Shown: positions 55,527 to 64,000 of the stretch, in pieces
How the letters are laid out: the number at the start of each line of letters is the position of its first letter
Numbering within the stretch: the stretch's first letter is position 1
NCBI GenBank assembly: GCA_016926185.1
Contig: JAFGPD010000042.1
Span: forward strand, 1,985-65,984
Length of the DNA stretch: 64,000 nt
Direction of reading: 5' to 3'
From: Candidatus Woesebacteria bacterium
GTDB lineage: Bacteria; Patescibacteriota; Microgenomatia; UBA8517
Notes under the pieces: generated by a model
Database searches by the model: none
Seen by the model: the letters and a program-made list of their open reading frames with translations, nothing else
What the model was told of the DNA's origin: nothing
Position numbers and translations under genes: made by a program

Positions 55527-56912
55527 CTATCTTGTAGAATAGATTTTATTCCACTCGTGATTAAAAATAGTTCTTTCCCCGCTCTCAATTCTTGTTTTTT
55601 GTATTGACAACCACTTTTCTAAATCTTTTATGTCTATTGCAGGTTGTTGGGCATTGTGAAAGCTCTGACTTTTTACCCAACCAAAATATTTTTTTGTATC
55701 TGAGATGGCTCCGAGAATAATGAGAGTAAAAATAATTGAGGTTATTGGCAAATAGTAAACCGAACTGAGCTTTTTAAAGTGTTGTACAATGCATTGTAGA
55801 CCAACTGAAGCAAAAAAATAGATAATTGGGATTATTGCTATGCCTCTACTCCAATTTGGTATGTAAATACTCGGCAGTTGAAATATAAGAATATTCAATA
55901 AATATACTAGAAGCCACAAAAAAGAGCCTCCTTTCTTTGTGAAATATGCGATTAAACCAAACCAAAATAGTATTTTTATAATACTGTTAATGCAAGCAGA
56001 TTTCGGTGGAACATATCTAGGATTTTCAAAACCCTCTGAGGAAACATTTTCATCAAAAAATATTAAGCCTTTTGTGGCGTAAACTAATTGGTGCTTAATG
56101 ATCTGAAATTTATTACTAGGTGGGATATTGTAGTAGGAGTTTTTCTGGTTAAAAACGTATAGTGACGAGGGACGTAAAAGATATTGTGTGGGTTTTTTTA
56201 GAGCGACAAATAGCTGTGGAGAAAATATGGTTAAAGCTATTAAGCCAGATATGACTAGGGATTTGAGCTTTATTATTTTTTGAAAAGAACTTTTTTTTAA
56301 AGTATCAATTAATAAGACTGTATAAGTTGCTATGGCATATATCCTACCCCCCATATAATTATAAAGGACTATAGCAGATAGGATGCCGAGAAGGACATAA
56401 TATTTAATGGAACGCTTTTCTAATACCTTTTTGGTACAAAGCAATAGAAGCAGTCCTGGAAAAAGACAATCAATATTTATCCAAGATAATCTTGAAAAAT
56501 TCAGGAACCAGTAGTTGCTTGAGAATGCAAAAGCCATTAAAAGAGCAATGTTTTTGTTGACATAACTTTTTATTATTAAATAAAAAGGAATAAGACTTGC
56601 TGTTGCTAAAGTTGCAGTGATGAGTCTGACAGCAAGCATGCTTCTTTCAATACCAAATAATTTAATACTAAGGTACTTAAAAAGGTAGATTGTGTATGAA
56701 ACGCTACCATCATGGGTAAGATTGAAAAAGTTCCCGTTTTTTTGAAACATTATTTCCAGAGGGTGTAAGATACTTCCCGTTTCATCTCCGTTAATGACTG
56801 AAGGTATTTCAGAAAGTTTGTAGACCCTAATCATAAAGGAATAACTAATTATTAGTAAAAAAAATATTAGCTCTAAACAATCTTTTCTTGATAGTTTTTT
56901 AAGCTTTGCCAT
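55527..56912 (-). CDS. GT-C (ArnT-like) glycosyltransferase
   Basis: Multi-TM; P..INGDE, R, NFSR and YMGGR. Confidence 0.72.
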   Translation of the reverse strand: MAKLKKLSRKDCLELIFFLLIISYSFMIRVYKLSEIPSVINGDETGSILHPLEIMFQKNGNFFNLTHDGSVSYTIYLFKYLSIKLFGIERSMLAVRLITATLATASLIPFYLIIKSYVNKNIALLMAFAFSSNYWFLNFSRLSWINIDCLFPGLLLLLCTKKVLEKRSIKYYVLLGILSAIVLYNYMGGRIYAIATYTVLLIDTLKKSSFQKIIKLKSLVISGLIALTIFSPQLFVALKKPTQYLLRPSSLYVFNQKNSYYNIPPSNKFQIIKHQLVYATKGLIFFDENVSSEGFENPRYVPPKSACINSIIKILFWFGLIAYFTKKGGSFLWLLVYLLNILIFQLPSIYIPNWSRGIAIIPIIYFFASVGLQCIVQHFKKLSSVYYLPITSIIFTLIILGAISDTKKYFGWVKSQSFHNAQQPAIDIKDLEKWLSIQKTRIESGERTIFNHEWNKIYSTR

Positions 56913-56934
56913 AAAACTATTTTAACCGATTTTG

Positions 56935-57762
56935 CTAGATTGCAAGGAAGAAAGTCAGGAGGATTATTGCTAATGTGCCGATAATAAGTGTGTAGGTTGG
57001 ATAGGATGTTCCAGCTGCAGTCAGTTGGTCAGGTGTGGGTGATGCCTGAGCAATATAGACAGTTGTAGGAGTAGGTGTGACCTGCGCGATGTAAGTTGGT
57101 GTTGGCGTGTTTGAAGGAGCTGGAGTTGTTGTTCCGGTCGGTGTTGGTGTGGCAGTGGGATCTGGTGTTGAGGTTCCAGTCGGGGTGGGTGTTGCGGTTG
57201 GTACGGGAGTTGTTGTTCCAGTTGGTGTCGGTGTGGATGTGTTTGTCGGGGTGGGTGTTGCAGTTGGTGTGACTGTTACGGTCGGTGTAGCACTTATAGT
57301 CGGTGTTGGTGTCTCTTCCGGCCTTTCGAGATTGAAGGTTAACTGTTCGCAGGAGATAACCGGAGAGTCTTGGCCGGAATCTTGGCAGTCCTTTGTCCCA
57401 ATGACTTGCCAATTAAAAGGTTCGCTGGGAACATCTACCATACCAAGGGTTGATCCTTGGCCGGGAGGTAATGCGGGAACTTCAAATTCAGCAACCTGAA
57501 CACCATTGATTTTTACCTGTGCCTTTTGACTGGGTTCACTTCTGGTGGAATCATTTTTTACTGTAACAACACCTGATCCACTGACACCGAAGTTGTAACT
57601 GCTGCAATCCCAAGCGAACGACTCATCCGGAGAAGTTGGGGTTACTGATTCCTGCCTAAGTTGGTACAGACGAAATGCTGTAAAAACAGCAATGCCAGCC
57701 AGGATCACTGTAAAGGTGATTATTGCAATTGTTGGTAATTTTTCTTTTACAAAATCTTTCAT
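56935..57762 (-). CDS. Surface protein with a Pro/Thr-rich stalk and degenerate LPXTG-like anchor (module copy 2, gene B)
   Basis: N-terminal TM plus RLYQLR, Cys-containing beta domain, PT repeats, then QLTAAG plus TM. Confidence 0.75.
   Translation of the reverse strand: MKDFVKEKLPTIAIITFTVILAGIAVFTAFRLYQLRQESVTPTSPDESFAWDCSSYNFGVSGSGVVTVKNDSTRSEPSQKAQVKINGVQVAEFEVPALPPGQGSTLGMVDVPSEPFNWQVIGTKDCQDSGQDSPVISCEQLTFNLERPEETPTPTISATPTVTVTPTATPTPTNTSTPTPTGTTTPVPTATPTPTGTSTPDPTATPTPTGTTTPAPSNTPTPTYIAQVTPTPTTVYIAQASPTPDQLTAAGTSYPTYTLIIGTLAIILLTFFLAI
57040..57312 (-). repeat. Coding Pro/Thr repeat including three 14-aa units
   Basis: TPTPTGTTTPVPTA / TPTPTGTSTPDPTA / TPTPTGTTTPAPSN. Confidence 0.8.
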
Positions 57763-57768
57763 ATTAGT

Positions 57769-58716
57769 TTAGAACCATCCTAGTGTTGAATGATAAACTT
57801 CACCTTTTACGTTGAAATCAAGTTGCCCTTCAGGGATCTCGTATTCAATGAAGAACTCCTCCGTTGACGGCTTTTTTTCAGTTGTTTCTAGAGCGGCTGT
57901 TGTGTTTATGGTAAATCTTGCTTTTTCAATAACTCCTTCAGTTGCTGAACCGCTGACTGAAAAACGAATCATGTCACCAGCCTCTAGTTGTTTCAGGTCG
58001 TTAGAGGACAGCACATTCCATGAAGTGTCATAAGCTTTTACTTCATTGCAGACAGCTGTTATGTTGTTGGGCACATCTGTTGGTGTGGCTGTAGGTTCTG
58101 GGCAGACACATGACTCTTCTTCACTACACTGAGGATTTCTGCATAGCTTACTGATACATTGTAAACTTTCCTGACAATCTGCATTATTAGTGCAAGGTTG
58201 ATTGCAAGAAGCCGGAGGTGGTGTTGTTGGTGTGGGCATTGGAGTTGCAGTTGGTTCTGGCAGATCCTCCATCCATACTTGGATGTTGCTTATATCTTTG
58301 CATGAGTTTCCTGATGAATATCTTTCCCAGCGGAAACTGTTATTGTCTATTTCAACTTTGTAACAGCCATTATCCCCTCCATTAGGTTCAAATTTCACCT
58401 CTTCACCAGGTTTATTGGTAATGAAAAGATGACTGATATAACGGTTTACTTCCCTGAATCCTTCGTTTCCTGGATCTTCAAAAACAACACAGTCTGGTGA
58501 GTGGGTGCATTCGGATGCACTTGAAGCAAGCTCTCGCAGTTCTTGCTGTCTTTTGACCAGAATCACTCCCGCAAAGACTGCACCCATCAGTATGATGACT
58601 GATGCTATAGCAATTATTATTTTCTTGGGTGATTTATTCTTATCCGGATCCGACGAGGTTATTGCAGGACTTTGCAAAGTTGACTGTGGAATTTGACTTT
58701 CTTGTTGTGCAGGCAT
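57769..58716 (-). CDS. Membrane-anchored Cys-rich surface protein (module copy 2, gene A)
   Basis: TM plus RQQELRELAS, an extra 8-Cys domain between PT linkers, C-terminus HSTLGWF. Confidence 0.75.
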   Translation of the reverse strand: MPAQQESQIPQSTLQSPAITSSDPDKNKSPKKIIIAIASVIILMGAVFAGVILVKRQQELRELASSASECTHSPDCVVFEDPGNEGFREVNRYISHLFITNKPGEEVKFEPNGGDNGCYKVEIDNNSFRWERYSSGNSCKDISNIQVWMEDLPEPTATPMPTPTTPPPASCNQPCTNNADCQESLQCISKLCRNPQCSEEESCVCPEPTATPTDVPNNITAVCNEVKAYDTSWNVLSSNDLKQLEAGDMIRFSVSGSATEGVIEKARFTINTTAALETTEKKPSTEEFFIEYEIPEGQLDFNVKGEVYHSTLGWF

Positions 58717-58770
58717 TTTGGACTAGATGATTTATCTAATCATAACCCACTAGAGGTACATGATTCAACC

Positions 58771-59520
58771 TTAAGTAATGTTTTTTGAGAAGATGTAAAT
58801 TGTTCCGAGGATAGAGGATACAGAAAGGAAAGTTATTAGAAGCGTTATGTTACTGGATCCTGTATCGGGTAACTGGTTTGTTTCTGAGACTTGTAGAGTA
58901 TTAGGTGTAGGAGTGGGGGTATTTGTCTGGTTGTTTTGACTTTGTGTGGTTGTTGGAATGGGCGTGCTTGTTACAGTTGTTGGTGTAGCTGTCGGAGTTG
59001 GTGTATTTGTAGGATTTATGGTAGATGAGCTGGGGGTTGGTGTGGGGGTTGAAGTAGGGAAGGTCTGCGCGTTTGCCACTTTTACGATCAGTGTGTTGCA
59101 GCTTTGTGTTTCATGAAGGGTTCCGGATTGGTTTCCTGAACAAAGTATGTCACCATCGATGTTCCAGTTGAAATCCCCGGCAGGCAAGTTGATACCACCT
59201 ATCTCTGCATTTGTCTGAGGGTCCAATGCTGGAATTGAAAAACTGCCCAAAGATTGACCTCCTACGACAATCTCAATATTCTGGGACGGTTGAGAGTCTC
59301 CGGAAACATTGCTAATTCTAATTACACCGTTTGTGTCAATCAGCATTTGATATTCTTCACAAGAAAATGCATATACGTTTCCCTGTGGAACATTTGGTGC
59401 AACCGGCTCTTCTCTCAATTGGTATAAACGATATGCAGTGAATGACGCAACTATTGCGAGAACTATCGTACTTATTATTATAACTGAGATGAAATATTTG
59501 TTTTTTTTAAGATCTTTCAT
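58771..59520 (-). CDS. Surface protein with a Pro/Thr stalk and LPXTG sorting signal (module copy 1, gene B)
   Basis: TM plus RLYQLR, PT repeats, then LPDTG, a hydrophobic helix and K. Confidence 0.78.
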   Translation of the reverse strand: MKDLKKNKYFISVIIISTIVLAIVASFTAYRLYQLREEPVAPNVPQGNVYAFSCEEYQMLIDTNGVIRISNVSGDSQPSQNIEIVVGGQSLGSFSIPALDPQTNAEIGGINLPAGDFNWNIDGDILCSGNQSGTLHETQSCNTLIVKVANAQTFPTSTPTPTPSSSTINPTNTPTPTATPTTVTSTPIPTTTQSQNNQTNTPTPTPNTLQVSETNQLPDTGSSNITLLITFLSVSSILGTIYIFSKNIT

Positions 59521-59526
59521 GATTTT

Positions 59527-60441
59527 TTAGAACCATCCAAAAGTGCTATGTTTTAACTCAACCTCAATTTGTAGCTTGTCTACATCTTCCGGTATGGTGT
59601 ATTGCATATATAGTTCATTGCTTTCTGGTTTTATTAGGTTTGTTGGTTGTTGAATGGTGTTATTGATAATAAACCTTGCTTGTTCGATAGATCCGGCATT
59701 AGTTATTGAGGCAACAGCTATATAAATATTATCACCGGCATTAAGGTCGTTTTCTGAGATCTGGTTCCAATCGTTGTCATAGATTTTTATATCTCTGCAC
59801 TGTGAGACTACAGGGTCATTAGTTTGTTCAGGTATCTCTATCATCCAGACCTGGATATTGACGATATTTTTACACTCACTCTCTGGTCCAACTCTTTCCC
59901 AAGTCAGACTATTACCGTCAATTAGTGTTCGGTAACATCCATCTTCTGTAGTTCCGGCACCAAAGATATTGGCATTCTCGTCGGTTAGGTAGACATCATA
60001 AATAATTCCGTTTATCTGATAAGAACCGTTATCGTCTGGATCTTGCAGAATAATACAGTTGTCTGATTGTAGGCAGTCTTGCTCGCTGGCTTTACTTCTG
60101 ATCTCCTGCTGCTGGTTTACTAGAAAAACCCCGGCCATTACTCCTCCTGCAAGTATAAAAATACTTAGTATGGTTGCGATTATTTTTCCTGTGGCTGTTT
60201 TGGCTCCAGGTTGTGGTGAGGTGATGAAATCTTGCATACCTCCTGTTTCCACTGCGGGCGGGTTTGTATTTTGATCGGGAATTAGCTTTTCAGACGTTTC
60301 ACCTTGGTTGGATATCTGAGGATAAGACTGCGAGCCGGGCAAAGTAGAGGTTGTCGATGTTGCATTATCGTCGTTCATATTTTCATTGTTCAAGATCACT
60401 ACTGGGAGTTGCTTGTTGCTCGTTGGGTGTAACACTCTCAA
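59527..60441 (-). CDS. Membrane-anchored surface protein (module copy 1, gene A)
   Basis: TM plus QQQEIRSKAS; shares GCY..NIQVWM, ARF.IN and HSTFGWF with 57769-58716. True start may be downstream (MNDDN). Confidence 0.75.
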   Translation of the reverse strand: MRVLHPTSNKQLPVVILNNENMNDDNATSTTSTLPGSQSYPQISNQGETSEKLIPDQNTNPPAVETGGMQDFITSPQPGAKTATGKIIATILSIFILAGGVMAGVFLVNQQQEIRSKASEQDCLQSDNCIILQDPDDNGSYQINGIIYDVYLTDENANIFGAGTTEDGCYRTLIDGNSLTWERVGPESECKNIVNIQVWMIEIPEQTNDPVVSQCRDIKIYDNDWNQISENDLNAGDNIYIAVASITNAGSIEQARFIINNTIQQPTNLIKPESNELYMQYTIPEDVDKLQIEVELKHSTFGWF

Positions 60442-60739
60442 GAGAGACAGTTGGTGTTGGTGTTATCTCTGCTGGCTCTTCATTTATGATCTGGGTATCC
60501 CCCTGACTGCCTACCGTAAAATGTGTTACTTGACTTTCTTCAAAACGAGTCTTTCCTTTTAAACTCGATAACACTGCTTGGTCAAGAGTGGGATTGACCA
60601 GTTTTAGGAGTTCTTGGGAAACATTTACATCAACCTCGCCTGTCAATATCTTATAAACCTCGAAAAATATCCAAAAGATAATCGTAATTGTAGTGATTAT
60701 TGCGACTGTTATTAGGTTTGGTGGGTTTGATTTTTTCAC
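60383..60739 (-). CDS. Small membrane-anchored protein in the PilP position
   Basis: N-terminal TM and a PT-rich tail; directly follows pilO. Confidence 0.55.
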   Translation of the reverse strand: MKKSNPPNLITVAIITTITIIFWIFFEVYKILTGEVDVNVSQELLKLVNPTLDQAVLSSLKGKTRFEESQVTHFTVGSQGDTQIINEEPAEITPTPTVSLESVTPNEQQATPSSDLEQ

Positions 60740-60755
60740 TTATGGCTGTCTTTTT

Positions 60756-61400
60756 TTAATGTTGATCAAAAGATCTGTAAGGTGCCTGTGCATTTAGTGT
60801 CAATACTAAATTTATCTTTCCTGTATCCTTATTTTCTGTGGATACAATTGAGGTGTTAATGATCTTTATTGGTTGGTAAAGATCCTCCAGATCTTTAATA
60901 AAACTATATAATGATCCATACTCTCCAACAACGCTTATGTTAAATGATATGTAAGTGTTATCTTCTTTGGATTTGTTCTTTGAGATTCCGAGTACTTTAG
61001 TTTCTCCAATGTTCACGCTCTGCGCTATCAGACTATTCTTTTCAACGAGTCCTTCGAGCTGATAGGTGAGCGTGTCAGCTTCCGGATTTTCTGGTATGGA
61101 ATTTTTCAAAAGACCTATGTTTTCTCTTTCTCTGTAGTAAAGAGCTTGTGCCTGTGATATCGTTTCAATTTTGTCATCAAGCTTTTGAACTAACTGCTCT
61201 TTGGCATCGATCTCTTTGATCAATTCCGCTATTGTCAGAATTGTGGGTCTTAAAGCAAAGATGGAAAAGACGGAAATTGTAACAAGTGACAAAAGGATCT
61301 CAAGATAGATCCTTATGTCAGTTCTTTCTTTATATCTGTCAACAGTATTTAAAAGATAAGATTTATAACGTAAATATTTTTGTCGCCAATTTCCTTGCAT
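60756..61400 (-). CDS. pilO: Type IV pilus assembly protein PilO-like
   Basis: TM (FSIFALRP), coiled coil, IPENP and V.GEY..L..FI.DLE ferredoxin-like motif. Confidence 0.75.
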   Translation of the reverse strand: MQGNWRQKYLRYKSYLLNTVDRYKERTDIRIYLEILLSLVTISVFSIFALRPTILTIAELIKEIDAKEQLVQKLDDKIETISQAQALYYRERENIGLLKNSIPENPEADTLTYQLEGLVEKNSLIAQSVNIGETKVLGISKNKSKEDNTYISFNISVVGEYGSLYSFIKDLEDLYQPIKIINTSIVSTENKDTGKINLVLTLNAQAPYRSFDQH

Positions 61401-61403
61401 TAA

Positions 61404-61955
61404 TTATAATTTTATATTAATCAAAAATTTCATGAACGGTGCAAACTCTTGGTCGGTTTCTACTGAACCAAGAGATACACTTTTAAAGATCTTCCTGCTT
61501 TCTAGGTTTGTGAGGAATTGCTGGATAGAGAACTCATCCAGACTTCTTCCTTCTAAGTTAACATTCTCAGCATTGTAATTTATCTTTACTAAATAGAACT
61601 CCTGACTTTCGGGAAGACTTTTTGTTATACCTGAATGACTGTCTGGAGCCTTAGTGTGGTCTTTTGAAAACTCACTAAAAATACTTAACAGTTCTTGATT
61701 GTTCTCAAATTCTTTTTCAAAATTTTTTGTTGCTTCAAGGACCGCGACTTTTTGTTTAATCTCATCATTTAAGTCGGTATTTTGGGCATCTAACCAAAAT
61801 CGCGACATGAAAGCGATCATGACGATTATTTCAGTGACGATAACAACAACCCTGAAGGTTGAGAGTGCCCATACGAGTATCCTTCCTGAAGTTGTTGCCG
61901 TGAAGCCCTCTCTTGGAATAAGGTTGATCGTGTTTTTGCGTTTCTTTTTTGCCAT
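61404..61955 (-). CDS. pilN: Type IV pilus assembly protein PilN-like
   Basis: INLIP (INLLP motif), TM, coiled coil and LEG.S....IQQF..NLE. Start placed at the ATG at 61955. Confidence 0.78.
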   Translation of the reverse strand: MAKKKRKNTINLIPREGFTATTSGRILVWALSTFRVVVIVTEIIVMIAFMSRFWLDAQNTDLNDEIKQKVAVLEATKNFEKEFENNQELLSIFSEFSKDHTKAPDSHSGITKSLPESQEFYLVKINYNAENVNLEGRSLDEFSIQQFLTNLESRKIFKSVSLGSVETDQEFAPFMKFLINIKL

Positions 61956-62150
61956 GGACAGTTGCCACAAAAATTCTTTAACCAATAAAGATATAGGTTT
62001 TTATGGATAGTTTCAATATATCATAACTGAAATAGTGAAAGAAGAGTTTCTGCCTATGTTGATAGACTTTGTAACTGGGCACCTTTGTTCTAGCCAGCAA
62101 TGGAATAAATAATAGCGTTTCTTCAGAAAGACCGAGATCAGATGTTTTTA

Positions 62151-62405
62151 TTACTTATCTTTTTTTGAGGAAGAACTTTTGATTACTGACAATCTGCTCT
62201 TTAATCTGGCGGCTTTGTTTTTGTGGATCAGATTTTTCTGTTCCGCCTTGTCTATTAGTGACATTGCTTTTTTTATAGCCTCTTTGGTTTTTTTATTCTT
62301 AGCCTCTCTGATGGCCACTTCATACCTTGCAGAGAAGGTTTTATTTACTTCCTGCTTTCTTTTTGATGACCTGAGCGCTCTTTTAGCAGTTTTGGTTATT
62401 GGCAT
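62151..62405 (-). CDS. rpsT: 30S ribosomal protein S20
   Basis: MPITKTAKRALR..IDKA..IHKNKAARLKSRL. Start placed at the ATG at 62405. Confidence 0.95.
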   Translation of the reverse strand: MPITKTAKRALRSSKRKQEVNKTFSARYEVAIREAKNKKTKEAIKKAMSLIDKAEQKNLIHKNKAARLKSRLSVIKSSSSKKDK

Positions 62406-62567
62406 ATCTTGTTTTACAAATGCTACCTTGCGATTATAGTTTATCGGGACTAAAATCTCAAATAAGAAGGCTCTTTTGTTGTTGTATTTTTTCTGAACGG
62501 AGTTTATATTTTGGGGAATGTTGATTTCCTCTGTTATACTTTCCGAGATATTTTTTATTTTTTTCAT

Positions 62568-64000
62568 ATGACTAATTTAATTCGAAAAGGTAAAAAGATT
62601 TTTACTTCACCGCAGACTTCGATACTCTCAGCGGCGACGGTAATAATGTTTATGATAGTTGTCTCAAGAGTTTTGGGGCTTGTGCGTCAAAGGATTTTGG
62701 CTCATTTTTTCCTGCCATCTGAGCTTTCTTTGTTTTTTGCAGCCTTCAGATTACCAGACACAATTTTTGAAGTTTTGGTTTTTGGCACTTTTTCATCTGC
62801 TTTTATTCCTGTGTTTTCAAAGCTCGTAGATAAAAAAAGAAAAGATGCCTGGGATCTTGCGGGCACAATTAGCACGATTGGTTTTTCTGCATTCATCTTA
62901 GTGGCAATAATAGTAAGTGTTTTTGCCGATGATCTATATGGTCTTCTTGCTGCGGGTTATACAGACATTGAAAGAGATACTGTTGTTCAGCTGACAAAAA
63001 TACTTTTTGCCGCACAAGGGTTTTTCGTTCTAAGTTATGTTTTGACTGGAGTGCTTGAATCTTTAAGAAGATTTTTAGTGCCGGCACTCGCTCCGCTTTT
63101 TTATAATCTGGGAATTATTTTAGGGACTATCTTTCTATCTCCAAGATTAGGTTTGGTTGGTCCAACAGTTGGAGTTTTTATTGGAGCAAGCTTGCATTTT
63201 TTGATCCAGTTGCCGCTTGCAGTGAAGTTGGGTTACAGAGTTAAACTAAACTTGAAAATAAACGATCATGTAAAAAAGATTGGAAAATTGGCAATGCCAA
63301 GGATAATTGAGCTAGTGTTCGTTCAGGCTGTAAAGTCGGTTGAGCTTTATCTTTCGTCCTTTATTTCTACTGCAAGCTATGCATATTATTATTTTGGTAA
63401 TACTATCCAACTTCTACCTGTGGGTCTTTTTGGCACTTCAATAGCCAAAGCTGCATTGCCAACTCTCTCAAAACAATCAGACGATCTCGGAAAATTCAGG
63501 AGATCTTTATGGAGTTCACTTTATCAGGTGGTTTTTATGGTAGCCCCTCTTGCTACTATTTTAATAGTATTAAGGATCCCTATTGTAAGGCTTGTTTTTG
63601 GTACGGAGATCTTTGATTGGGAAAGTACTGTACGAACAGGTCAGGTAGTTTCTGCTTTTGCCTTGGGGGTCGTTTTTCAGGCGTCTATCTCTCTTTTGGC
63701 CAGAGCTTTTTATGCCTTGCATGAGACAAAAACGCCTGTTTTAGTATCTATATTTTCAATGGTATTGATAGTGGTCCTGAACTTCGTTTTCATTAGAAGT
63801 CTAAACCTTCCCGTATGGGGATTAGCAGTTTCCTATTCTTTGGGGAGTATGCTGCAAGCTATAACACTTTATCTTCTTTTGGCCAAAAGAACAAAAGTTG
63901 AATCTATAATTCAATTATCGGTGCCGTTTTTGAAGCACCTTTTAGCTTCAATCTCCTCAGGAGTTGTGATGTATGTGCTTATGAAGTTTTTTGACAGATC
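62568..64000 (+). CDS. murJ: Lipid II flippase MurJ (3'-truncated, absent from the ORF track)
   Basis: Hand translation MTNLIRKG..SRVLGLVRQR..AAFRLPD..SSAFIPVF; the frame appears to run off the window end. Confidence 0.92.
   Translation, partial: MTNLIRKGKKIFTSPQTSILSAATVIMFMIVVSRVLGLVRQRILAHFFLPSELSLFFAAFRLPDTIFEVLVFGTFSSAFIPVFSKLVDKKRKDAWDLAGTISTIGFSAFILVAIIVSVFADDLYGLLAAGYTDIERDTVVQLTKILFAAQGFFVLSYVLTGVLESLRRFLVPALAPLFYNLGIILGTIFLSPRLGLVGPTVGVFIGASLHFLIQLPLAVKLGYRVKLNLKINDHVKKIGKLAMPRIIELVFVQAVKSVELYLSSFISTASYAYYYFGNTIQLLPVGLFGTSIAKAALPTLSKQSDDLGKFRRSLWSSLYQVVFMVAPLATILIVLRIPIVRLVFGTEIFDWESTVRTGQVVSAFALGVVFQASISLLARAFYALHETKTPVLVSIFSMVLIVVLNFVFIRSLNLPVWGLAVSYSLGSMLQAITLYLLLAKRTKVESIIQLSVPFLKHLLASISSGVVMYVLMKFFDR

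Noticed and set aside
57040-57312. Repetitive GT-rich tract as a CRISPR array or non-coding satellite; plus-strand ORF 57107-57499
   Set aside because: No constant repeat-spacer structure; fully explained by Pro/Thr codons on the minus strand.
62406-62567. N-terminal extension of S20 in the ORF track
   Set aside because: It spans the divergent rpsT/murJ promoter region; S20 homology starts at 62405.
1-64000. Alternative genetic code (TGA read as Gly, as in Gracilibacteria)
   Set aside because: dnaA, groES and metG end at TGA at their expected C-termini, and long ORFs are intact under code 11.

Overview
This is a low-GC bacterial chromosome segment containing the replication origin. Gene content and style point to a Patescibacteria/CPR genome, probably Microgenomates (inference); TGA is a stop codon, so genetic code 11 applies. 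The left part holds dnaN-oriC-dnaA and the divergent rpmH-rnpA-yidD-yidC-jag-rnhA cluster, then rplY, valS (with a T-box leader), tsaC/tsaD, groES/groEL and Hsp20 (both with CIRCE) and tRNA-Cys. The right part holds metG, rmuC, two UvrD-family helicases, many envelope and glycosylation genes (UbiA, WecA-like, five GT-C, DUF2298, GT2, GT4, FemX, LCP, MurJ), a pilN-pilO locus followed by a duplicated two-gene surface-protein module, and rpsT. No CRISPR array, rRNA, transposase, integrase or prophage was seen. The most unusual signals are: (1) a family of about 28-bp palindromes with compensatory base changes, found between genes and in-frame inside housekeeping genes, plus other hairpin and heptamer insertions; (2) a terminator-type T-box with an ultra-short stem I; (3) -10 hexamers 5-8 nt before many start codons, suggesting leaderless mRNAs; (4) the duplicated pilus-linked LPXTG module next to protein-glycosyltransferase-like genes. 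All product calls come from motif recognition by eye, not database searches.
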